DNA of 64,000 nucleotides from Verrucomicrobiales bacterium (GTDB lineage Bacteria; Verrucomicrobiota; Verrucomicrobiia; Verrucomicrobiales; V1-33): NCBI GenBank assembly GCA_031411295.1, contig JANOAV010000077.1, positions 15,295 to 79,294 of the forward strand, read 5' to 3'. Shown piece by piece: positions 42,901 to 52,359 of this stretch (position 1 is its first letter; each line of letters starts with the position of its first letter). The notes under the pieces were generated by a model. It saw only the letters and a program-made list of their open reading frames with translations, ran no database searches and was not told where the DNA came from. The position numbers and the translations under genes were made by a program.

Positions 42901-45900
42901 GCGGCATCGGCGGCACTGACGACCCCGTCGGAATTGAGATCCTTGATGTTATAATTCAGCGCATAGACCGCTTCGCCACTGTCGATCCCGCGGGTGTAAT
43001 TCCACACCAGACGATTGTAAACCGGAGCGGTCCGGGTTCCGGGAGGCAGGAAATCATCCCGTCCGCGCAGCAGACCCAGTTCTTCATCCAACACGGTGGC
43101 CACTTGTCCTTTGAAGGCAAAGAGGGAGGTGGCCACATCGCCAAACTGACCGCTGTCTGTGTTGTAGGCGATGGTTGGATTGGCGGCATCGGCATAGGCT
43201 TCATTACCCACGATCATGTAGAGATCATTGAGGTAGCCTGCCGCCAGCAGCAGCGCATCATTGGCTGGTCCATAGCTCAGGGGCGGGGTGCCTTCGATAC
43301 TGAGCGATTTACCACGACGCAGGATGGTTTCGTAAATTTCAATGAGACCGAACTGATTGATGTTCGCGAGGTTCAGCGAAATGTCACCTTCCCAACGGCG
43401 GCCCGCTTGGGTGACTAACGATACGTCCGTGTTGACGGCGTTGTTATAGAGATCCGTCACGCGTTGTTGGAAGGGATTGATCCCCGCCAGAGCGCGTTTG
43501 ATCCAACCTTCGGCTAATTGGGGCTCGGTCCATTTCGACCAGCCGCCAGCAGCATCGTAGGCGGCATGATCGGGATCGGTGGCGCGGAAGCGGCAGACGA
43601 AATAATTGTCAGTCAGGGTGAAGATGCCAGGACCTTGGATCACGTGGCGGTTTTTCCCGGTGATACTGCCCGGCATGATCCCGGCCTCTTCATTGGGAGC
43701 GGCGGGCATGGAAATCCAGGAGGCCAAATGTTCCGTGGCCTGCATCGCTTCCAAGCGGGCGTTGACGAAGCTGACCGCTCCGGCATCGGCTGTGGTCACG
43801 ACGGTAAGCTCCAAAGTATTGCTGCCCACGGCTAGGGAGTTGGCAGAGATTTCCAGCAAGCGAGAGAGCGGGCTGAAGTCCGGGGAAGGCTTGGCGACCA
43901 CGGCGGTATTAGCCGTGCCAGGCACATTCCAGGAGGCCACCGTGGTCCCGTTGATCGATGCGGTGACTCCATCATTGGCTCCCAAGTCCAAGCTGAGGAA
44001 GAACCGCAGCGGAACCGTCGTGAGATTGAACGTGCGGGACAGAGTGACAGGTGAGGTTCCGGCGTGGCCATCCAAGGAACTGGGCAGGCTGAGCGTAGTA
44101 ACCACACCTTCTCCGTTCGTGTAAGTCCAGGGACCACCATCGCCCATAATCAGCGCACGGTCATAGGAGTAAAGCACCGGTGGCAAGCCATCCACGGGCG
44201 GAGCATAGCGCCATTCGAATTCGTAGTTCTCGGTCTTGGCGGCAAAGTCCAGACTTTGTTGCAGGGTGAGCTTCTCGTCTAAAGGATTCGATGGAGCAAT
44301 CACCTTCAACTCACCCCGACCCAGCGGTGCCGTGACCCGAATGACGTGCACGGAGACAGGTTCACCTTCCGGCGTGAACGCTTTGCCGTTACCGCTCACC
44401 AGGACCACCCAGCCTTCGCCACCGCCTGCGGCGGTTAGCGCATAGGAATCGACCGCGGTGTCAGGATCCGTGATTTCGGTCAGTTCGTCCTGACCACTGG
44501 TGACGTATTGTGGTTGCACCGTAGTATAGACCTTCTTCGTCAGATCATCCTTGAGGGTGGCGACATCACGCTTGAGTTGATCTGCACGCTTATTCAGTTC
44601 ATTGATATCCTCCGCCCGGGCGGAGGGCGGGAATATCGGACGAGCATTATACCAGGCATTCACCTCGTCCCGTGCTCTCGTTAGACTGGCGTCACTGGTG
44701 GCCTCATGCCACCGCTTCTCCTCGTTTAACCAGGAGGTGTAGCCCCGGTTACGACCGATCAGAGGGCCATTTTCCCAACGTTTGTTGACTGCAAATTCGC
44801 GATAGTCACGACGTAGATTGTTGAGTTGATCCTTGTGTTCATTGATCCATTTCCAGAGTGGGGTCAATTCCTGGGCGTTTTTGTCAGGAAACCTTTCCGT
44901 GACATCCGAGAAATAGATCCCTTCACTCATAAACTCGAAATCATACATCCAATTCCAAGCGGTGTCCCGGGCTGCGGTGTCCACCACGTCTTCCGTGGTA
45001 GGCTCAATGGCCTTGTAGGTCCCGCGCTTGGTGGGGTCTTCCGTAAAGGTTTCGACGATGGTTTCCAGGCCTTCGATGGCTTCGGTCCATGCATCGAAAT
45101 CGTCATCCCCATCATCACAGAGGGCGATGAGGGTTTCCCGATCCTGTTCGCTCAGCGTGTTGAGCAGTAAATAGTCTTCACCAAACGCTTCATCCTTGAA
45201 TTCTCCGATGAAGACCAGCGATCCTTTTTCGCCCAGATTCGCGTCAAAGTAAACGCGCTGACTGAGGTGTGGTGGGAGGTTCGGGAAATAGGTTTTTCCG
45301 CGATAATCGCTCGTCGCCACGGAACCGGGAATTTTACTGAGACCATCCGCGGCCAGCCCGTAGGTCTTGGCTCGGGTGGGGTCGAAGAGCACCACGCTGT
45401 GGGTGTCATCTTCCAGCGCCAACGCCTGGTCATAGAGCACCTGCATACTGGTTTGGGTGCGCACGGCAGGCAGGCCGTATTTGGGCAGGGTCAGCGTTTC
45501 ACCCAAACGGAGTTGCGGAGCACTGGTGGGCCAGATGGCTCGGAACGTAATCGCCAGGGATTGATCGGAAGCGCCACTCATGTCTCCGTCATAACCACCC
45601 TCCAGGGCGGTGGGACGGAGATACGGCATGATGGTGCCGGGCGCGGGTTGCTCCGCCACTCCCGGGAGGAAGAATCCTTCCATGGAGACATAGTAATACT
45701 GCATGTCGAAGAACGGCTCTTCGGTGTCCGTGTGTGGTCCCCGATAGACCCAAGTGCTGCCTTTGCGGTCCTTGAAGGTAAATTTGTCGTAGTCCAAGGG
45801 CGCATTCCCGTTGGGAGCCGCATCATGCAGTTCAAAGGCTACCACATTGGCCACACTGCCATCTTCCAAATAGGGCAACGGCAAGACGGGCAGCGGCATC

Positions 45901-48056
45901 GGTGCTTGCAGGATCTTCCCAGCGATGGCGTCGTAATTGAACACAATGCCTTCGGATTCCTTTTCCCGCAGCACTTTGAACGCGTTCATGGCTGGGCGGG
46001 AGTCCGCTTCCCGGTAGCGCAGCAGCACGTAAGGTAGGGAGGTTTGCTCCGTGCCGAGATCGTCCCGCAGTGCCCAGGCGCGGCCCGCAATCATCACCGC
46101 ATGTTCATCGTTGGGATTGAAGCCAGGCTTATCCTTGTCGTTTTGATAGTAAACCAAACCGTTGGCTTGGAGCGAGGGAAGTTCCCCAGTGCCACGATTG
46201 CTGGCCATGATGATTTCCGGCGGAGCGGTGGGCCACTGGAGCGCATATTTCTGCACGGTGGCCGGCCAGTAAGTCGGCTTCAAGCCGGAACCCGCGGGTG
46301 GGTTGTTGGCTTTATACCACCAGATTTCCAAAATGTTATGACCGGGACGGGCATTCACCCCGATGATGGCACCGTTTTTGGCATTGGCCACGCCGTCCAC
46401 GAACGGATCTTTATAGGCGGTAGGATCAAAGTCCGTGCCGCTGGTTTGGCGAATGTAGCCCACCGCGGATTCATAGCCCACCGGCGGCTCGATGCGAGTG
46501 CCCACATCCGCTGGGATGGGCGTGCCCGTGAAGCCGGTGAAGGTGCTATCCAATTTGGAATAGACTCGCTCGAACCAGATCTTTTCACCGTTGGTATAAC
46601 GGATCAGGGCCCGACCATCGGGATCCGTGCCGATGGTGGTGTAAAAGGTGGCGCCATTTTTCACAAACGCCTGCTGGCCGTTGGGATCATCTTGGAACAC
46701 CAAATACGGATTATTTGTGGCCTCCAGCGCCACCCCGGTGGCTTGCGCGTCCCCGTCCGCTTGATCCTGGCGGGCGTAAGTGGAATAGGCCTCGATTGCC
46801 TCCGGCCAGGAAACAACGTAGGTCTCGTAAAATTTGGGCCAAATGAGATTGAAATTCCCCGTTTCCATCCAGTGGATGAGCACTTCTCCCGTCGGTTGCC
46901 CGGGATCTTCCGTGGATTGATTGGTCGTCCGAATCGCATAATAATCCTGCCGACCTTTGGATGGCAGCGCCTGCATGTGCAGAAACGGCGGGGTGCTCGT
47001 CATCCCGTTCACCACCTTGGCTCTCAAAATCTCATCTCCGTTGTGCGGCAACACCTTGTCCCCCACGAACATTTCGACTTTGAGTGGAGCCACCTCCCGG
47101 ATGACCTCCACGATTTCGGTCCCAAGGAATTGCCGAGTCACGTTATCCGATTTGAGGGCTCCGAGGATTTCCAAAAAGACGCGACCTTCGGCATTGTAAG
47201 CGTGAAGGGAGCGATCCGTGGTGCTGAACCAAAGCGTGCGTTTTTCTGGCGGAGCCTGCAGGGCGGGGTCGGGCGGCACATCATAAGGGGAATCATATTC
47301 CGCACCAACGTTGGCGGGGAACTGTGGGCTGTAGATGACATTCAGCGTGGAGATGGGGCCCTGCGGAACTTGCACGAGTGGGCCGTTGAAGCCTTTCTCC
47401 GTCCAATACATGCGCTTGGCAGGCCGGGCTGGTGAAGCGCTGACCACGTAGGTTAGGGTGATCGTCGCTGGCACATGCGCGGGATCGCGGAAACGCCAGA
47501 CCACATCCACCACGCCTGATTGCGTCGCGAAGACGCTGCGGGCGTGCGGGCTGTAGTAGAATTTACCCCCACTGATGTTATCGGGGTTCGGAAGGTAATC
47601 ACTTTGGTCGATCGGAATTCCCGCCTGATCCACGGTGGGCCGGGCGATGACCTCGCCAAAGAGGACGGTGGGAACCCGCCCTGCGAGCGGACGGCCCATT
47701 TGCACGGATTGCAATTGCACTCCGCTGCCATCATTCGGGGTAAATGATGGCAACTTCACAGTCGTAGGCCCTGCGACCGTATCCGGACTGCCTGCCAGCA
47801 TGGTGCCGGCACCGTCTTTAATGCGGGTGGTGAGCCAGCCGCCAATCGTGGTGCCGCTTTTCCACTGGTTGGCCGTGGGCGTGCGGGGGTCTTCATCCAA
47901 ACTGGGTGGCGGCGGCGGATAGGCCGTGGATGGCTGGAGGCTGAAGATGTTCCTGGTATCATCTTCCAACGTAAAGAGCGACTGACTGGAGGCTCGGGAA
48001 AGCAACGCTAACCCAACCGCCAACCACGCCCCGAGGAATCGGGTTCGTTTTTTCAT
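39933..48056 (-). CDS. Giant secreted protein (2707 aa) with a Tc-toxin-A-like C-terminal region
   Basis: Uninterrupted ORF with Sec signal; coiled coils flank a hydrophobic Ala/Gly hairpin; YKSLFDLSARYTFLAARAYDYE; LIGRSAWNSRWKIVI; DIKLYLETYS. CDS is secure; the product call is an inference. Confidence 0.75.
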   Translation of the reverse strand: MKKRTRFLGAWLAVGLALLSRASSQSLFTLEDDTRNIFSLQPSTAYPPPPPSLDEDPRTPTANQWKSGTTIGGWLTTRIKDGAGTMLAGSPDTVAGPTTVKLPSFTPNDGSGVQLQSVQMGRPLAGRVPTVLFGEVIARPTVDQAGIPIDQSDYLPNPDNISGGKFYYSPHARSVFATQSGVVDVVWRFRDPAHVPATITLTYVVSASPARPAKRMYWTEKGFNGPLVQVPQGPISTLNVIYSPQFPANVGAEYDSPYDVPPDPALQAPPEKRTLWFSTTDRSLHAYNAEGRVFLEILGALKSDNVTRQFLGTEIVEVIREVAPLKVEMFVGDKVLPHNGDEILRAKVVNGMTSTPPFLHMQALPSKGRQDYYAIRTTNQSTEDPGQPTGEVLIHWMETGNFNLIWPKFYETYVVSWPEAIEAYSTYARQDQADGDAQATGVALEATNNPYLVFQDDPNGQQAFVKNGATFYTTIGTDPDGRALIRYTNGEKIWFERVYSKLDSTFTGFTGTPIPADVGTRIEPPVGYESAVGYIRQTSGTDFDPTAYKDPFVDGVANAKNGAIIGVNARPGHNILEIWWYKANNPPAGSGLKPTYWPATVQKYALQWPTAPPEIIMASNRGTGELPSLQANGLVYYQNDKDKPGFNPNDEHAVMIAGRAWALRDDLGTEQTSLPYVLLRYREADSRPAMNAFKVLREKESEGIVFNYDAIAGKILQAPMPLPVLPLPYLEDGSVANVVAFELHDAAPNGNAPLDYDKFTFKDRKGSTWVYRGPHTDTEEPFFDMQYYYVSMEGFFLPGVAEQPAPGTIMPYLRPTALEGGYDGDMSGASDQSLAITFRAIWPTSAPQLRLGETLTLPKYGLPAVRTQTSMQVLYDQALALEDDTHSVVLFDPTRAKTYGLAADGLSKIPGSVATSDYRGKTYFPNLPPHLSQRVYFDANLGEKGSLVFIGEFKDEAFGEDYLLLNTLSEQDRETLIALCDDGDDDFDAWTEAIEGLETIVETFTEDPTKRGTYKAIEPTTEDVVDTAARDTAWNWMYDFEFMSEGIYFSDVTERFPDKNAQELTPLWKWINEHKDQLNNLRRDYREFAVNKRWENGPLIGRNRGYTSWLNEEKRWHEATSDASLTRARDEVNAWYNARPIFPPSARAEDINELNKRADQLKRDVATLKDDLTKKVYTTVQPQYVTSGQDELTEITDPDTAVDSYALTAAGGGEGWVVLVSGNGKAFTPEGEPVSVHVIRVTAPLGRGELKVIAPSNPLDEKLTLQQSLDFAAKTENYEFEWRYAPPVDGLPPVLYSYDRALIMGDGGPWTYTNGEGVVTTLSLPSSLDGHAGTSPVTLSRTFNLTTVPLRFFLSLDLGANDGVTASINGTTVASWNVPGTANTAVVAKPSPDFSPLSRLLEISANSLAVGSNTLELTVVTTADAGAVSFVNARLEAMQATEHLASWISMPAAPNEEAGIMPGSITGKNRHVIQGPGIFTLTDNYFVCRFRATDPDHAAYDAAGGWSKWTEPQLAEGWIKRALAGINPFQQRVTDLYNNAVNTDVSLVTQAGRRWEGDISLNLANINQFGLIEIYETILRRGKSLSIEGTPPLSYGPANDALLLAAGYLNDLYMIVGNEAYADAANPTIAYNTDSGQFGDVATSLFAFKGQVATVLDEELGLLRGRDDFLPPGTRTAPVYNRLVWNYTRGIDSGEAVYALNYNIKDLNSDGVVSAADAAIAYPQGHGDAYGHYLTAMTNYYSLLRNSYFDWMPRSEAVLLLGKPVAVDYLDERKFATAAAALARTTSQTLDLTYRQAFNPAAATVATWTHLKDGRVNSQTGRTRNWGVDDWATRGGQGSFLHWVTANSTLPDVDPNPNHEGIQKIDRTTVPELAEIVVQSKAIQQSLDAADARLNPLGISGGALPFDISPTQVDAGKTHFEQIYERAVDALRNAVAAFNNAKTTTQLIRSQDESLAKARDAINAQERAFTAQLIDLYGTPYGEDVGPGKTYAQGYEGPDYYHFMYADIPELFKNQPDEEEGDRTFTVQNGTDWNMANIDDARWKAEDQRKVKKDGKDVWELNPLPDDGLGEPLVYTVDSTGNFKKPDNFTRRARPGRIQDAISEVLMARLHLHNAVEDYAEFGLQARRLIRNYKAVQFAHDDNRDLEVTNAALIGSFEVLIGVGETLVDGIDAVELGAEDIIEAIKESLPTVVGLATDATSAARGAAEASKEVPKAFAFGAKEVINVLMRALNLTISNLERTRAIEASDIAWTAENKQMMTDLKAGWEDLEDGTRVIDQALRAYDDAKRKLRAATYDAQRIVSEREIVRQKAAALIQGYRTKDFGFRAFRNEALESYKSLFDLSARYTFLAARAYDYETGLANAAGGSRANDFFQKIVQARALGVVANGQPQNAGSQGGDPGLSGALARMNSDWSVVKSRLGFNNPDRYRTLFSLRQENERIVPGTAGDTLWSDKLAASRMSNILDDDDVRRYCMQVNSNGALSVPGYVIPFSTTIATGFNFFGQPLAGGDSTFTPTSFATKIRSNGIAFKGYVGMATPTSIGGAVVSGGGGTPTDPNTGFLDPNALSATPYVYLIAAGEDSMRSPALGDSSVVRTWQVEDQAIALPFDIGGADIGTNIFTPGQSLSETFTIRKHQAFRAVPDGTVFSSSPGFTNSRLIGRSAWNSRWKIVIPANTLLADPVKGMQIFEATVKDIKLYLETYSYSGN

Positions 48057-48079
48057 GGTGATGTTGGTCTGGGGTTAGA

Positions 48080-50287
48080 TTATTGGTTGCTGGTGGGCTT
48101 TGCGGGAGCAGAAACGGTTGCGTTCTTGGGTTTGCTAAGCAGGGCGGCCTCCAGTGCGGCAAGGCGGGTTTCACGGGTGGTGTTTTCCTTTTCCAAGGCT
48201 GCCAGGCGCTCTTCTTGTTTGGCAAGCTTGTCCTTCAGGATTTCGTTTTCCTTGCGCAGGGCTTCCTCGGCGGAATCGCTGTCTTTCTTGATCTGCTGGG
48301 AGGCGGAGACGTTCAACATGGCTATGGCATCATAGTCCACAGTGCGGAAGTCCTTCACTTCGCGGCCATAGACAAAGACTTCCTTGTCCTCGTCGGTGGG
48401 CTGAAAGGAAATGCGGAACCCGTCGGGCTTCACTTCCAGCACCTCATAGACCTCGTTCGTCTTCCCATCGGACAGCACCCGGACCCGCTCGCCCTTCTTC
48501 AAATCACTGGCCACCTTGATCCAGCCATTTGCGGGAACTGCCTTCTTCATGATATCAGGCACCACATTGGTGATCTTGCTTACGGCCAAGGGGAAAGCCT
48601 TTTCCACCTCCTGGGCGATGAGTTTCTTTTGCTTGCGCGGCCCCTCAGCCACCGTGTCCCGGAAACTGTAGTCGGTGACCTTGAGCTGCATCATATGAGT
48701 GAGGTCTGCCATGCTGTCGGACACGCCGATAATGTTTTTGATGCGCTCATCGGACGTAGCGTTGAACTCCCCGCACAATATCCGCCCGTCCGACCAAATG
48801 CCGTAATTCGAGCTTGTGCCTCCGCCAGTGCCCGTTCCACCAGAGGAGAGATATCCGTAGGATCCGATAGACAAGGAATTTCCGATTCCGTTAACCCTTA
48901 GAGACGCTTGACCAGTAGGTGAAGCGTTTAAGCCCACGGCGACGTATCCGCCTGGGCTGCATTTGAGCATTACGGTGCCGTTGGATTTGAGTTCAGGATA
49001 CCCATCTTGAGCTTCAAACATGCCAGAGTCACTGTCGTTGACGAAAGCGTGGCCATTGCCAGTCCCCCCCATATTGGCAAGGACGAAACCAGTGGTGACA
49101 GATGCAGAGTTGATGGCATTGCTGACGTTAAGCGAGAAACTGGAAATGTTGTTATTGGCAGTGATATTGCCGGTGGCGGTGATATTGCCAGAGGCAGAGA
49201 GGCCGCTTTGAGCGGTGAACGCGCCATTGCTGACAACGCTTCCGCCATTGATGTAAAATTGCTCTGTGTTGTTCGTGAAGAGACCAACTCTATTGTCCCC
49301 GACGCTGAATAGACCGCTGTCATTGTCGCCACCACCGCCGCTGAAGGCATAACCGTTGCGGTTGACGCCGCTTACCCCTGGCACCCCTCCGCGGGCCAGC
49401 AGGCCACCACTGATCGGCGTGTCGGGGAGCACGGCATCTCCGCTGTAACGGCTGATGATGATCCAATTGTTCCCGTCCGTGTTGCGCAGCGTCACGCTGT
49501 CGCCACGTTTGGCAAGGGAGATGGGAGTCGCGCTGCCGTTGATGAGGCCACCGCCGGGAGGCACGACCGTTACAGGATTGGCTGAGGGGTCATTCTTGGT
49601 GACGGTGATTTCTCTTTTGTCAGGATTTCCCGGCAACGTGGTAGTCACTGCCCCAGCAGTGGCGTCGGCCAGAACGCTGGAAGAAGTTTTGCCCAAGGTG
49701 GAGGATGCCGTGACCAACGCAGGCACATAGCTGATGCCGCTCACGTTCAGTGAAGAGGGAGCATCCGAAGCGGACTGCACCAGACGGTCAGCAGACTGGG
49801 CACGGCCAGCCACGAAACTGAATGGCGAGGAAAGGAAAGCCAACCGCGGCTGAATTTCCCCGGGAGTCTGACCCGGGATGACCACGGTCACTCCGAGGAA
49901 ACGTTCCTTGCCCTCAAAGGCACCCGGCAAGCCGACCGCATCATGGTCCACCGTGCCTTCCGCCAATCCGCCTAACGCAGCGAGGATCGGGGAACCTTCA
50001 CCCAAGCGGACGGAAAATTTCCCGTCCTTCACGGTTACCAATTGTTTCTCCGCCCAGACTAACGTGCCGCCGGTTTGCGCATCATAGAGGCGGAACTGCA
50101 TTTCATAGTTTGCCGCCGTGGTGGGAGCCAGAGGATTACCATTGCCATCCAAGACGCTGCCTTGGTAATCCACCGTGCTCGGCGGGCCAAAGACATCCGC
50201 AGAATACGCCAGCGGTGACATTAGGCTAACAAACAAGGCGGAGGCGAGCGCGACGGAGCGGAAGGAGAGATTAAGTTGTTTTTTCAT
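48080..50287 (-). CDS. Secreted tail-fibre-like protein with a peptidase S74 intramolecular chaperone and C-terminal coiled coil
   Basis: Signal; YQGSVLD...FRLYDAQTGG..VWAE...GKFSVRLG; Gly/Asn-rich fibre; TSDERIKNI, LIAQEVEK.FP.AV, TVDYDAIAML; heptad tail. Confidence 0.88.
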   Translation of the reverse strand: MKKQLNLSFRSVALASALFVSLMSPLAYSADVFGPPSTVDYQGSVLDGNGNPLAPTTAANYEMQFRLYDAQTGGTLVWAEKQLVTVKDGKFSVRLGEGSPILAALGGLAEGTVDHDAVGLPGAFEGKERFLGVTVVIPGQTPGEIQPRLAFLSSPFSFVAGRAQSADRLVQSASDAPSSLNVSGISYVPALVTASSTLGKTSSSVLADATAGAVTTTLPGNPDKREITVTKNDPSANPVTVVPPGGGLINGSATPISLAKRGDSVTLRNTDGNNWIIISRYSGDAVLPDTPISGGLLARGGVPGVSGVNRNGYAFSGGGGDNDSGLFSVGDNRVGLFTNNTEQFYINGGSVVSNGAFTAQSGLSASGNITATGNITANNNISSFSLNVSNAINSASVTTGFVLANMGGTGNGHAFVNDSDSGMFEAQDGYPELKSNGTVMLKCSPGGYVAVGLNASPTGQASLRVNGIGNSLSIGSYGYLSSGGTGTGGGTSSNYGIWSDGRILCGEFNATSDERIKNIIGVSDSMADLTHMMQLKVTDYSFRDTVAEGPRKQKKLIAQEVEKAFPLAVSKITNVVPDIMKKAVPANGWIKVASDLKKGERVRVLSDGKTNEVYEVLEVKPDGFRISFQPTDEDKEVFVYGREVKDFRTVDYDAIAMLNVSASQQIKKDSDSAEEALRKENEILKDKLAKQEERLAALEKENTTRETRLAALEAALLSKPKNATVSAPAKPTSNQ

Positions 50288-50333
50288 TTGGAATGGGTAG
50301 TTAGTTTTTGTTATTGGAAATTAGTTTTGTTTA

Positions 50334-50429
50334 GTAGCAGGAGCGCCCTCGCTCCTGTTTTGTATCCGGGGCGCCCTCGCCCCGAGTAGGTCGCCACTTA
50401 GTGGCTGGGAGCGAGGGCGCTCCCATTAC
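50334..50429. repeat. Cluster of three REP-like palindromes
   Basis: gtagcaggagcgccctcgctcctg; ggggcgccctcgcccc; inverted gggagcgagggcgctcccattac. Confidence 0.75.
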
Positions 50430-50431
50430 AG

Positions 50432-52150
50432 TTAAGGATTCAGAAAGGTGGGGGCATTGGCGGCCCGTTGCAGGAAGAAAGAACCGGAGCAGGTGACAGG
50501 GGTGGCGCGCAGGCCGGTGATCGTTTCGGTGTAGGTGCCGCCGAGGGAACTCGCACCCCAGGCAGGATCGAAGCCCAGCGGATTACTGCTGGCGAAGGTT
50601 AGGGTGACGGTGCGGCTAACCGCCGGGCTTTCTTTCCCGGCAGGCAGGGTGGTCTCAAACCGCTCGTCCAAGTTATCGTGATCCGGGTGATAGGTGTGAA
50701 TGAAGGGGTTGCTGGCGTCATCTTTGCCCAAGGCCACTGAGAACGTCAGGCTACCGGTAAGCCCCAAGGTGCCAGTCCCCAGTTGTTTCAAGCCAACTGG
50801 AAAATGCGATGAGGAAACCCGGCTTGCAGCCTTGGCGGGAGCGACGAAGGACGCTTCCGTCCCGGCCACGACTGGCTGACCTTCCTTTTCCCCCAAGTAA
50901 GCCTGCTGCATCAGACGGACCGCACCGCTGGCATCCGAATGCAGAATGAGCCGCAGGGGAAATTGGCTGGGCGCGTTCTTGGGGCTGGCATTAGCACCGA
51001 CGATCTGATCCACACTGGCAATGACCGCGGCCCCGCCCCAGAGGCCGGAGCGGGGCGTGGGATTGGCACTAACCGGGAGATCAATGCGCGTCTGGAAGAG
51101 CGAGTCAGTGATGCGCAGGAGGCTTTGATAGACCGCAGCAGGATCATTTCCCATCAGACTGCGATTCACGGTAAAGACCACTTCGGTGGTGGCTCCGGGA
51201 GGCAGCACGCGGGTGACGGCACTGTTGAAGGCCACGTAGGCATGGGTGCCGGTAGTCGGGTTGAAATCACCGCGAACCATCAGCGGCACGATGCCCGCAA
51301 TCGCTGGCTGATCGCTGGGAGGAGCCTCGGAGGCTTGAGGGGCTAACGTGACGGTGAGCGTTTGGTTGGCCGTGGCGCGGACCACATTTACTAACCGAAT
51401 CGAAATGGACAGGCGATCGTCCCCGAAGTTCAGCCCGTCATCGCGCGTGACTTCCACTTTCAGCGGACCGTAATAGTCGGTGTAAGTGGTGGCCTGCACC
51501 CAGTAAGCCTGACCCCGGGTGGCGGCGGTGGTGGTGAAGCTGGAAACGGGCACAGGGTTGCGCACGCCGGTATCGCTGAGCGGTCCGCCACGGTAGAAGA
51601 GGACCTGCTGGGTGGTGAGCGATTTCAAGACATCATTGAAACCAAAGAATCGGCTCAGACTGCGTTGGCTGGTGTTCGGCGGGGTCTGAATCGGGAAGCC
51701 CACGAAATTTAATCCTGTGCTGCTCCAAACGAATCGCGGTGGCAGCGGCTTGCCTTTCACCTGCCAGGTAAAGGGAGCCGCGGTGTCGGCTACTTTCACA
51801 AGGTAAGCCGCATTTCCCGTCAGAGCGGACAGCGTGGAACCTTCCGGACTGGTGCGACGCCACACGCTCCACTGCAATTCGGTCTGGCTCGGGGAGCCAG
51901 CCGGGGTTTCAGTAAAGGTGCCTGCTTCGGCGGCATTCCAGCGCCACATTTCCTCAATGTCCCCATTGGCCAAGACCGGGAGCAACTCATGGGAGACATC
52001 CAATGGAAGCCAAATGGCATTCCAACCGGCTTTCAGCGGGTAGGATTCAGTAACCCACTGGGCACGGGCAATGGAAGTAACCGCCAGCAAGGCCAACAAT
52101 GGCAGCCACGGGCGCTTAAGGGATGAACGGAGCAGGGATAGACAGTGCAT
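50432..52150 (-). CDS. Secreted hypothetical protein, first gene of the operon
   Basis: Signal peptide; LKAGWNAIWL, GLNFVGF, FPLRLILH, NPFIHTYHPDHDNLD. Confidence 0.85.
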   Translation of the reverse strand: MHCLSLLRSSLKRPWLPLLALLAVTSIARAQWVTESYPLKAGWNAIWLPLDVSHELLPVLANGDIEEMWRWNAAEAGTFTETPAGSPSQTELQWSVWRRTSPEGSTLSALTGNAAYLVKVADTAAPFTWQVKGKPLPPRFVWSSTGLNFVGFPIQTPPNTSQRSLSRFFGFNDVLKSLTTQQVLFYRGGPLSDTGVRNPVPVSSFTTTAATRGQAYWVQATTYTDYYGPLKVEVTRDDGLNFGDDRLSISIRLVNVVRATANQTLTVTLAPQASEAPPSDQPAIAGIVPLMVRGDFNPTTGTHAYVAFNSAVTRVLPPGATTEVVFTVNRSLMGNDPAAVYQSLLRITDSLFQTRIDLPVSANPTPRSGLWGGAAVIASVDQIVGANASPKNAPSQFPLRLILHSDASGAVRLMQQAYLGEKEGQPVVAGTEASFVAPAKAASRVSSSHFPVGLKQLGTGTLGLTGSLTFSVALGKDDASNPFIHTYHPDHDNLDERFETTLPAGKESPAVSRTVTLTFASSNPLGFDPAWGASSLGGTYTETITGLRATPVTCSGSFFLQRAANAPTFLNP

Positions 52151-52244
52151 AATGGAGGTGTGAAAAATGAGTGGTCATGTTGTTCTGCTGTCTTTTTTGG
52201 GAAAGGTAACAGAGAAATGTTAAATTTTCTTCAGGGGGGCTGGT

Positions 52245-52357
52245 GGGGATGCTGAGGGACGGAAGGGACTTAAAGGACTTAAGGGACTTAAGGGACGGGG
52301 AATCTGCTTGTCCTTTTGGTCCTTTTAGTCCCTTCTGTCCCTTTCCGTCCCTTTTCC
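52245..52357. repeat. Inverted arrays of degenerate 9-bp tandem repeats (AGGGACnnA / TnnGTCCCT)
   Basis: gagggacgg aagggactt aaaggactt aagggactt aagggacgg followed by tgtcctttt ggtcctttt agtcccttc tgtcccttt. Confidence 0.9.
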
Positions 52358-52359
52358 CG

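Noticed and set aside
46044..47435. Long plus-strand ORFs within the giant gene (also 45267-46037 and 42627-43418)
   Set aside because: Antisense shadows typical of GC-rich coding DNA; no motifs.
39933..52150. Prophage, eCIS or T6SS interpretation
   Set aside because: No capsid, terminase, sheath, tube, baseplate, VgrG or integrase is recognisable, and the proteins have signal peptides.
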